A DNA stretch of 64,000 bases, from the NCBI RefSeq assembly GCF_036321535.1, contig NC_087436.1, positions 17,856,001 to 17,920,000 on the forward strand, read 5' to 3'. The stretch comes from Camelus dromedarius (Eukaryota). The translations under genes were made by a program, and so were the position numbers. This document shows, one piece after another, positions 53,507-64,000 of this stretch. The notes below the pieces were generated by a model. That model was not told the origin of the DNA and ran no database searches. It worked only from the letters and a program-made list of their open reading frames with translations. Within the stretch, counting starts at the first letter, position 1. Each line of letters begins with the position of its first letter.

Positions 53507-55981
53507 GGAATACTACTTGGTAATGAAAAAGAATAAAATAATGCCATTTGTATCAACTTGGGTGGACCTAGAGATCATCATACTAAGTGAAGTAAGCCCA
53601 GAAAGAGAAAGAAAAATACCATATGATACCACTTATATGTGGAATCTGACAAAAAAAAAAAACACACAATGAACTTATTTACAAAACAGAGACACACTTA
53701 CAGACATAGAAAATAAACTTATCGGGGTGGGAGGAGGAGGTGAGGAGGGATAAATTAGGAGCTTGGGATTCATAGATACAAACTACTATATATAAAATAG
53801 ATAAACAACAAGGCCCTACTATATAGCACAGGGAACTATATTCAATACCTTGTAATGGCCTATAATGAAAAAGAATATGAAAAAGAATATGTATTTGTAT
53901 CACTGAATCACTATGCTATACACCAGAAATTAACACACCATTGTAAATCAACTATACTTCAATAAAAAAAAATTAGGCCAATTAATAACACTAAAATGGC
54001 TTCTGAGTGTTCGATGAAAGGAAGACTTATGTCTTTCACTTTAAATCAAAAGCTAGAAATAATTAAGCTTAGTGAGGAAGGCATATTGAAAGGTGAGACA
54101 GGCTAAAAGCTAGGACTCTTGTGTCAGTGAGCCAAGCTGGGAATGCAAAGGAAAAGTTCTTGAAGGAAATGAAAAGTGCTCCTCCAGTGAACACACAAAT
54201 GATAAGAAAGCAAAACAACCTTATCGCTGATACAGAGAAAGTTTTAGTGGTCAGGACAGAAGATCAAACTAGCCACAATATTCCATTAAGCCAAAGCCTA
54301 ATCCAAAGCAAAACCCTAGCTCTCTTCAACTCTGTGAAGGCTGAGAGAGGTGAGGGAGCTGCAGAAGAAAAGTTCGAAGCTAGCAGAGGTTGGTTCATGA
54401 AGCTTAAGGAAAGACGCCATAACACAGAAATGCAAAGTTAAGCAGCAAGTACTGATAAAGAAAGTACAGCAAGTTGTCCAGAAGGTTGAGCTAAGATAAT
54501 TCATGAAGGTGGCTGTGCTAAACCACAGATTTTCAGTATAGGCTTAACAGCCTTCTGTTGGAAGATGATAACCTTCTAGGACTTCCATAGCTAGAGAGGA
54601 GAAGTCAGTGCCTGGCTTCAAAACCTCAGAGTACATGGTGACTCTTGTTAGGGGCTAATGAAACTGGTGACTTTAAGTTGAAGCCAGTGCTCATTTACCA
54701 CTAGGAAAATCCTAGAGCCCTTAAGAGTTATGCTAAGTCTACTCTGCCTGTGCTCCACAAATGGAACTACAAAGCCTGAATGACAGCACAGCTGTTTACA
54801 ACATGGTTCACTGAACATTTGAGACCTGTTTCTTAGAGAAAAAGATGCCTTTCACAGATGCCTTTCATTGACAGTGCATCTGGTCACCCAGGAGCTCTGA
54901 TGGAGGTGAGATGAATGACGAGATTAAAGTTTTCATGTCTGCTAACACATCTGTTCTGCAGCCTGTGGATCAAGGAGCAATTTCAACTTTCAAGTCTTAT
55001 TTTTTAAGAAATACATTTCGTAAAGCTATAGCTGCTGTAGATAATGATTCCTTTGATGGATCTGGGTAAAATCGATTGAAAACGTTCTGGAAGGGATTCA
55101 CATTCTAGATGCCATTAAGAATGTCTGTGATTCATGGGAAGAGTTCAAAGTATTGACATTAACAGGGGTTTGGAAGAAGTTGATTCCAACCCTCATGGAT
55201 GACTTTGAGGGGTTCAAGCCTTCAGTGGAGGAAGCAACTGCAGATGTGGTGGAAACAATAAGAGAACTAGAATTAGAAGTGGAGCCCGAAGGTGTGACAG
55301 AATTGCTGCAGTCTCGTGAATGGATGAGAAGTAGCTTCCTAAGGGCGAGAAAAGGAGGTGGTTGCTTGAGATGGAATCCACTCCTAATAAAGATGCTCTG
55401 AAGATTGTTGAAATGAAACAAAGGACTTAGAATATTACATCAGCTTAGTTGATGAAGCAGTGGTAGGGTTTGAAAGGATTGATTCCATTTTTTAATTGAA
55501 ATATAGCAGACATACAATATTATGTTGGATTGACTCCAATTTTGAAAGAAGTTCTACTGTGGATAAAATGCTGTCAAACAGTATTGCATGCTGCAGAGAA
55601 ATCATCTGTGCAAAAAAGTCAATCGATGGCAGCAGACTTCACTGTTGTCTTGTTTTAAGAAATTGCCACAGCCACCCAACCTTCAGCTACCACTGCTCTG
55701 CTCAGTTAGCAGTTACCAACATCGAGGCAAGACCCTCCACCAGCAAAAAGATTATGACTTGCTGAAGGCTCCGATGGTGGCAAACTTTTTTTAGCAATAA
55801 AATATCTATAAATTAAGGTATATACTTTTTTTAGACATAATGCTATTGCACACTTAATAGGGTATATACACTACAGTGTGAACATAACTTTAACATGCAC
55901 CGGGAAACCAAAAAAATTCATGTGACTCACATTATTGTGGTAGTCTGGAACTGAACCCTCAATGTCTCTGAAGGATGCCTG
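52564..55981 (+). mobile_element. Tigger1 (pogo-like) DNA transposon with both ends, transposase disrupted, split by an L1
   Basis: 5' end gaggcagacctcattttattgc..., 3' end ...tctctgaaggatgcctg then TA; transposase peptides [30 protein letters not shown]...[14 protein letters not shown] and [19 protein letters not shown], with stops and frameshifts. Confidence 0.95.
52957..53969 (+). mobile_element. About 1-kb 5'-truncated L1 (ORF2 C-terminus + 3' UTR) inserted into Tigger1; internal (CA)n at about 53467-53504
   Basis: Peptide [22 protein letters not shown]...LLHCWWEC is L1 ORF2 C-terminus; poly(A); 15-bp TSD aaattaggcca(g/a)tta at 52942-52956 and 53970-53984. Confidence 0.95.
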
Positions 55982-57494
55982 TAACAGTGCAGATGTGGGG
56001 CAACTGTTATGTAGTAAGTGCTTGATTAATATTAGGTATTTATTACGTTTATGGATCACCTTCCTGTTTTTATCCTTAGCACCTATGTCAGGGTCCACTC
56101 AGGAGGAGGTGGAATAAAGATTGAATAAATGAATGAATAAATAATAACAGACTGACTTGACAATTCTAGAAAGGATTGCAGCCACCTTGGTGCCTTCTCA
56201 TTTGGAGGTGGTTCTCTTTAACTTCACTCCTACCTTCATAAATGTCTATGGGGAAGGACATGTGACCGACGTAGTCAAACTGGGAGTCATCCTTGATTCT
56301 TCAAAATCCAGCTCCTTTTACCTACCTATGAATTTAATTGTCCCCACTGATATTTGGTGTAACTGTTCAGTAGAGGAAGTAGTCAGGGGCAGCTTTATAG
56401 AAATTTCGGAACTTGTATTGGAAGCAGTTCAATGGCAGTGGTGTAGAAAAAAGAAGACTAGAGAAAAGAAAATTCCAGGCACGGAGTCTCACAGGACCAA
56501 ATGTCCTGAGGCTGGAAGTACAGAGTATATTGGAGGGAGTTAGTGGTTAGACCAGAACACCTAAAACATACACACAGCATATTAACTGAACTCACTAAAT
56601 GGGGTTGGTACTTTCAGTGGAAAAAATTACAGTATCATAGGTGAAAATAATATTAAAGTATATTCATACTGAATTATGGACTTAAGTGACTCAGTGAGCA
56701 TATCCTGAATGAGTTAAAGATGGATCATAGCTTGAATGAGTTAACTGTTGCCAAAAGAAGCTTTTGACTTTTCATTTTAGGTTTTAAAAAAATCGGAACA
56801 TTTGGATCAAATTTTCCATGTTTTAAACATGAGTCTGCATCCTAACTTTTATTGTATGGGGGTCTTTCATGCCCTAAGTGTGGGCAGTAAGTGTATTTTG
56901 TCATATGAGAAAGTATACCTTCTAGTACTTAAAGTAATACTGAATGTTTCTGAATATAGTTGAAGATAATGTTTTATTTTGGTTTGGCACATGGATAGGT
57001 CACAGAAGTAAGTTTAAAGCCATGTAAAGTCTGTAACAAGTAATGAAACGTTTAGTGACTACTTAGAATCATATTTTTCTAGAGAAATAATAAATGCCAT
57101 TTGAACAGCTGGGCTAGCTACTTACCACCATCTATGCTTTGCTGGAAGATATTGAACTGCTTTTCCCCAAATTTATTCCTATTCTAATGTTCCTTTGACC
57201 AACCATTTCCGCTAAAGAAGGACAAAATATATGTGTATTATAAGCATATAAATATAAAATTTCATAAATCTTGTATTAGTGTGTGTACTTCTTAAGGATT
57301 TACTTTTTAATTATCTCCTAACAGTTTCCTTATTCATAAAATATAAATATTCATTACTGTATGTAAGTCTGTTAGGTTGAATTATGCAAGAAAAATAGAA
57401 TGCAAGAGTTAAACTAATTCATTATTGTTACAGCACTTGTTAGATCAATATCAGCCACATGGAAAAACTATTATTCTAAAAGCCTTCGTGCTGA

Positions 57495-58180
57495 AGAGAT
57501 GCTCAATATCATTACTTAGGGAGATGCAGTCAAGACCACAGTGAGATACCACTTCATGCCCACTAAGATGGCTATCACTCAACAGACAGCAAGTGTTGGT
57601 GAGGATGTGGTGAAGTTGGAACTCTCATGCAGTGCTGATAGGAATGGAAAATGATGCATTTGCTGAAGTTCTTCAAAAGGTTAAACGTAGAATTACCTTA
57701 TGACCCAGTGTTATTTCATAATGGCCAAAAGCCAACCCAACTATCCATCAACGGACGAATGGCTAAACACATGTGGTACAGCTCCATAGTGGAACATTAC
57801 TGGGCCGTAAAAAGGAATGAAGTACTGATACATGCTCCAACCTACATGAAACTTGAAGCCATTATGCCAAATGAAAGAAGCCATACCCCAAAGGCCACAT
57901 GCTGTCTGATTCCATTTATTTGAAGGGTTCAGAGTAGGCAAGTCCATAGACAAAGGAAGATAGGTTGGTGGGTGTCAGGGGCTGGAGACAGGGCAGGGAG
58001 AAAAGGGAGTGTCTGCTTATGTGTACAGAGATTTTTGGGGGGTGATAAAAATATTTTGACATTAAATCGGGTTGGTGATTGTACAACTTTGTGAATCTAC
58101 TAAAAATCACTGAATTGCATACTTTAAAAACATTAATTGTATGGCATATGAATTATATCTCAATAAAAACAAAGGGAAAA
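57495..58180 (+). mobile_element. L1MB-type 3' fragment
   Basis: accacagtgagataccacttcatgcccactaagatggct...aaaaggaatgaagtactgatacatgct...gaattatatctcaataaaa. Confidence 0.88.
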
Positions 58181-58937
58181 AAGTCTTTGTGCTTGCCGAG
58201 TACCACTGGCACTGTATTTACCCTAAATCATTACATTTTAGAAAGATACCTAAATTTCCCATGTGCCTCGAATAACATAAAAATCACCTAAATCTGTTTT
58301 TATGAACTTTTTCATATAATCCTGAATTTTAGTTTTCCAAATTAGGTGAAAATAATATTAAAGTGTATTCATACTGAATTATGGACTTAATATGAGAGCA
58401 TCTGTGAGGAAGAATGAGTACAGAGGCCAGGCTTAATGTTACCCTGCTTCTTAATATCCTTAGGCTTTTGAAATAGATTTTCAGATTATTCTTTGAACCC
58501 TTTACTGCATCTCATCTTTCTGTTTATCACTGACATCCACAGAAAATGGAAGTTGCTTATTTAGTAGATAATATGGGAGAATGCCATCAAGTTTTTTATT
58601 TTATTTCAGAATTGATCTGTTATCCCTTGTCAACTCTTGTTTCTGAACAGAAGCTCAGATAGTTGTTACAAAGGGATGGTTTCTTAGACCCATTTGAAAA
58701 TTGCACCCAGAACCTCTCCTGACTCCCAATTGGTGCTTTTCTGTGACCTCATTTCTCAGAGCAGAGGCAGCCTGGCTCTGGGAGGGCAGGTGTGTTACTG
58801 GCAGGTGTTACTCTTCTGCTAGGTGATTCTGCTCTGCCCGTGTGCACACCAGGGATTGAATCCTTTCCTCCCTTCCTCGTGGAGAGGTGGTGAGGAGGTG
58901 CATCTCTGCCTGCAGCCACTGATGAATTCCTGGCCAC

Positions 58938-59010
58938 CCTCTTCCCTCCCTTCCTTCTTTCCTTCCTTCCTTCTTTCCTTCTTTCCTTCTTTTCTATCTT
59001 TTTTGCTTTT
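58938..59010. repeat. Pyrimidine-rich (TTCC/TTTC)n low-complexity tract
   Basis: Read directly; followed by an L1ME-like minus-strand remnant to about 59390. Confidence 0.85.
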
Positions 59011-60760
59011 GCTGGTACAGGTTGATTCAGTGAATTCATTTTCATTGTTATATAATATTCCATTATATTAGTATAATTTGTTTCTTGCCTTTTGATGAAA
59101 ATTCCTTGTAATTTTTCTTATTGCAAACCATGGTGCAATGAGTACTTTCATGTGTTTCCTTGTGCAGAGATACAACCATTTTTCGGGGTCTATTTCTGTA
59201 AATGAAAAAGATGGAGCCTCAAGTATGCCTGTCTTCATTTTATTTTAGTTGTTACCAAGTCCTTTTACAATTTTTAGTCCCAGCAGTGTACGAGCGCCTT
59301 CTTGGTTTCACATTCTAGGTTATTAACAAGCTTAACGTTTTGGCTATTCTGATGGGTATGAATGTTTCCTTATTGTTGCCTTTCAGTTACTTGTTTCTTT
59401 CTAAAGAGCCCCTTCAGCAGCCAGGTTGGAGGGAAATTGAATCTTCCTAGTTGATCCTCATTATTACTCCTCTAACCACCTCTATGGCTGATGTGAAACA
59501 CCCAGTGGTTATACACAGAGTAGAACATTTGAGGAGGGTCCCTCTGGCTGTCAGTCTGCACTTCCCCCTCATATATCTGGTGTGTCTGTTGTCCAGGTCC
59601 ATGCATGCCCTTGAAGGTAGTGATAAGATTTCCATCTTGCACGATCTGTATTTGCCCCCTGCGCTCATTTATTTCTCAGGTCCTGCTCTTTCCTGGACAC
59701 TGGGAGGCCCTACTGCCTGTATCCCAGAGAAGTTCCTTCCCCGATCCATCCCCACGAGGAAGGAAACAAAGCAAAACAATGGAAACAAAGCAAAAATTAA
59801 ATCTCAATAAACTGCCCTGCTGTAGAAGTGCCTGACGTCTTGGTGATTCCTCACATTGCTACTCAGACTCTGATGAGAAGCGTCTTCCAGGCTGTAGGAG
59901 TTTACAAACCGTCCTTCCCAATGTCTGACGGCCAGCTATTATAATAATTCTTACTAATATTTAGGGCACCGCCTCAAATTGACCTTTTCTCTTCACATCC
60001 TTCCCAGCTGTCCGCTGCTCTGCTTCTCCCTTCTGCTTTCTTTTTCTCTTTTCCACATTTCTCCCAGCTGCTGGTGCTCCTTCTGTCCCCACGCCGGCTC
60101 CTTTTCTTATTTTGTGAACAGCATCTGTGTTTAAAGCAAACTCTCTCTGTTGTCTCCCCACCTTCGGGAAGAGCTTCACAGTCGAGAATCCTTGGCTTAT
60201 TCCTTAGGAAACCCCATCATTTGCTGGTCAGAACCGCTAACGTGCTCTCTCCTCCCTAACTGATACCCACAGGCTGGTTCCCTCGGACGATGTAGGCACT
60301 GACTCCAAATTCATCATCCCAGGCCCCTTCCCTACAGTCGTATCTCTTCCTCCTGCCCCGCCAACTCATTCCTTCTTTGTGTTTTCTCTAAAGCAGTTTT
60401 CACTAATAGTCTGTTACACTATTCACCTTTCTTTTGTCTTCCTTCCCCACTAGAACCAAACGTCAGTGAGAAAACTAAAAGTTCAGAGATGTGTTGTCTG
60501 TCACATTGATATTTAAGATAAAAACACTTTTTTTTTGGCCCAAGCAAATGTGTGGATATATATAAAGAAATAGAAATTGCAATTGATTTAACTTTCACTT
60601 ACATCCTTATTTGGGCGTAGTTTCCAAAGAAGTATAACTTTGAGGGGAAAGAGTTTTTGTTGTTGTTGATTTTAGTATGTTGGCCATCATACTGTCACTT
60701 GAAATTTTTATTTACTTCTGGAAATAAAATAGGAATGCACTCTATTAAAACAGTTGTTGA

Positions 60761-60841
60761 TGCATGACTGGGACATTGTGCTGTACACCCAAAATTGACA
60801 CATTGTAACTGACTGTACTTCAGTAAAAATAAATACATAAA
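60761..60841 (+). mobile_element. About 80-nt L1 3' tip
   Basis: tgcatgactgggacattgtgctgtacacccaaaattgacacattgtaactgactgtacttcagtaaaaa; flanks taaaacagttgttga / taaaatagccattga resemble a decayed TSD. Confidence 0.8.
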
Positions 60842-63294
60842 TAAAATAGCCATTGAGCCCCTAATATAATTTTCTTGGTGTCATCCAGTCCATATATTTC
60901 CTAAAAACTGGTAAATAATATAATGGAAAGAAGAGGTATTAAATCTCACCAAGAAAAACTGTATTTAAGGTGCTTGTTTCAGGGTTAGCTGCTCTCACAA
61001 GGCAGAATCACCCATATCGTGAAACATCGTATGCTTCTCAAGCTTTGGAAATTTTTCACTTCAAACTAGATTAATAGAGAGGCTATTTTTGCAAGTGAAA
61101 TAAATGCTAATTTAAAGTTGAAGCTAAAACTCTGAGACCGGGAAGCTTTCTCTTGCCCTTTGATAGACTCTTTTGACCATAATTTGAGAGTCATTGAGGA
61201 GAGAGAGCTGTAGAAAGGAGAGGGTCTGTTGCATGTGGGGTCACATTCCTTCTCTCCACAATATTTGAGACACACAAACCCGGCAGCACCACACTGAGTC
61301 CTTTGTTCTCCCCGTTGGGCAAAACACTAGATAGCTTACTGTAAATATGGCTGGCCGCCAAGCTGTGGCGCAGATCCTTTTTTTTCAATACTGTAAACTG
61401 GCACGGGCTCAAGAATTACAGTTCTTCCTCTTATTTACTTTCTCCTTCTACACTGAAGAGTTTCATCTATCGTCAGATGGAAAAACAGTTGTTGTGGCCG
61501 GGAGAAAAAAAAATGCCCAAACATTCCATCTTTTTTTTTTTTTTTTTCTGCCTTCCTCCTAACCTCGGGTGGATTTCTGATGAAATAAGCAGAATCACTG
61601 TATTGCTCTTAAAGGTGAAAAGAGTAAGGTCCTCTGATGACAAGTGAAAAGAACTCCAGTGGAGCGGTGTGAGCGGAGGTGAAGGCAGGGCACTGCTAAA
61701 TATCGGGCTTCTTTCAGAGTGGGTTCTGTGTTTGTGTTTTCCTACTCCTCTTGGTTATCATGGCTTTACTTCTCGTTGTCCTAGAAAATTTTGGGCTTGA
61801 TAGCCTAGCCTGGATGTGCCTGCTGTATTTCTGACACCACCACATTGCCTTCCCCTTGTGTTGGAATTTGTAGGGCTGCAGCTGAATTGAAAAGAGGTGG
61901 AGGGAAGTGAAGGGTGTGGAGTTCTGCCTTTCAACTCCTGGGTGTGTCCCTTTTGAAGCTTTGTTTTTAATATAAGAAAAGGCTTGGAAATGTAGTTTGA
62001 AAGGATTATTTGCTATGATATGAAAATAAAGATGCCAGAAAGAAGTAGCTACTTTCTTGATATAAATAACATCTTGTCAACATTTTTAAATGGTGCAGTT
62101 TGATTGATTTTGCCCATAGAATCTTCTTCTAGACCCAAGTAAAAATTAAACGTTTATTGTGATTCTTTTTCAGAAAATCAAGTCAAGATTGAAGGTACTG
62201 TCCTTGCTTATTTCACTGACACGAAAAATATTTTATACCATAGACACATGTCAACATGTTTACTTTTTCATTTCGTTCATTAATCTTTGTTTTTGTTTTT
62301 GTTTTATAAAAAGGAAATTTCACTAGGATATAGCTGGAGGATACTTGTTTCCAGATACAATTAACAGTAGAGGATATTATATTGATAATCAGATAGGTTT
62401 TATGACAATCTTCTTAGAATACGTGGAGGGTCTAAGAAAGTATGGATGATTAACAAGAGATAGGGAGTCTGCTTTTACAAAGATGCTGTCAGACACTGTG
62501 ATGAATTTTCTTTATATCCTAAAATATTTTTCACTGTTGGAGAGAAAATTTTCACTGGACTGAATAAAAATAAATTTAAAATTTGGGCAAAAAATATTGC
62601 TTTATTTGTGCCTCAGCTTTCTCATAATGAAAATTTAGGTAGTTAGGCTAAGGTATAAGGACCCTTGAGGTTCTTTTAGGCATTGACATATGTAATTAAT
62701 AATTCTTACTTTCAGTGTTCTTCTAGAAATATAGTATATAATTATACCAGTATAGTTTAGTTCTAGTATAACCAGTGGGCAAAGCAATTAGACTGAGACT
62801 TGGGGGGCCAAGTTCTTATCAATTTGACCTTTATTTATTAATTATAGGACCTTGAGGCTGTTGAGTTTTTCTGAGTCCAGTCTCCTCATCTGTGAAATAA
62901 TCAGTAGAACGTGATGGTCTTAGATGTTTCTTCTGACGTGAAAAGTCTCGGTAACACTCTATGATTATTTTGCCTTTTTTATAGACTGGAATTTGTGAAT
63001 AATGAGAATATGGTGTTCTGATGTAGGACATATTTAATTTACATTCATAGAAGGTAGGTAGGTAATTTTGTAATGTTGTATAATTTGAAGGAATTTTTCT
63101 TATCTCTTTAATTCCCACTGATTTTAGAATCCTTTTTCTTTTATTTATGGTAGTCCCTTGTCATTCAATGTCATTCATAGAGAGAACATGAGAAAAATGG
63201 CTGACAGATTATAGAGTATTCGGTAATTTTGAAGAGTTCCAGTGCAAATTAAACCTTCGAGGTCGGGGACACCATATCACATCTTGAGAGGCAG

Positions 63295-63490
63295 CCTCAG
63301 AGCACTATGCCATAGCCTTTGAGCCCAGACCCTGGGTTGCAGACCTGGTTTTGTTACCCAAAATTTTGATCCCTGGGCTAATTTATTAAAATGCTCTGAT
63401 TCTGAGTTTCCTTGTCTCCAAAGTGAGGGTATCAATGACAGTTTTGTAGATATATTGTACATATTAACTGAGTTGAAATTAGATTGTGTG
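63295..63490 (+). mobile_element. MIR SINE
   Basis: ctttgagcccagaccctgggttgcagacctggttttgttacc...tgatccctgggctaatttattaaaatgctctgattctgagtttccttgtct. Confidence 0.7.
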
Positions 63491-63516
63491 CAACTACCCT
63501 TAACTTCAATTTTAAC

Positions 63517-63899
63517 TTTTTTTTTATTGAAGTATGGTCAGTTACAATGTGTCAGTTTCTGATGTACAGCATAGTGTCCCAATCATGCATGTATGTAGTT
63601 CATCGAAAGATGACTGGATAAAGAAGTTGTGGTATATTTATACAGTGGAATACTACTTAGTGATAATAAAGAATAAAATAATGCCATTTGCAGCAACATG
63701 AATGGACCTGGAGATTATCATATTAAGGAAGTCAGAGGAAGAAAAATACCATATGATATGACTCATATGTGGAATCTAAAAAAAAAAAAAAAGAAAAGAA
63801 AAAAGAGGACACTAATGAACTCATCAAACAGAAACATAGTCAACAATTTTATGGTTACCAGAGGGAAGGGGTTGGGAAGGGATAAATTTGGGAGTTTGA
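63517..63899 (-). mobile_element. L1 insertion with 5' inversion (twin priming)
   Basis: 63517-63597 is the L1 3' tip in minus orientation with poly(T); 63598-63899 is upstream L1 sequence in plus orientation; TSD aattttaac at 63508-63516 and 63900-63908. Confidence 0.88.
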
Positions 63900-64000
63900 A
63901 ATTTTAACATTTTTTAAATGTTTCAGTTCAAGTCAGCGAATTTTTGTTGGGTAACTAAGGAGCTGTACTCGGGGGGATGTGTGTATATTCCTGGATAATA

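Noticed and set aside
54121..55794. Tigger transposase ORFs as a domesticated TIGD-like gene
   Set aside because: Broken by stops, frameshifts and an inserted L1 tip; a decayed copy.

Overview
Mammalian genomic DNA. The window holds the large first coding exon (exon 2, 942-2703, + strand) of the mineralocorticoid receptor gene NR3C2, encoding the whole N-terminal domain, then about 61 kb of the long intron 2. I found no exon 3 (zinc-finger) sequence. The intron contains many repeats: five tRNA-derived SINEs resembling the camelid Vic-1 type, L1 3' fragments of several ages, a long Tigger1 copy, MaLR/MLT1 pieces, hAT elements, MIR and L2. No Alu, BovB/Bov-tA, PRE-1 or CAN-SINE was recognised, so the source is probably a camelid (inference). 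Nothing prokaryotic or CRISPR-like is present, and all other listed ORFs look spurious or repeat-derived. The best leads are: an 11-nt candidate poison microexon at 15131-15141 with strong splice sites and an in-frame stop; an out-of-frame AUG mini-ORF between the two MR start codons; candidate recursive-splice sites; an unexplained 48-bp direct repeat 1.7 kb apart; and clear retrotransposition signatures (twin priming, nested ultra-short L1 tips, a possible 3' transduction, reciprocal CpG decay in a TSD). Repeat subfamily names and human comparisons are from memory, and old repeat boundaries are approximate.
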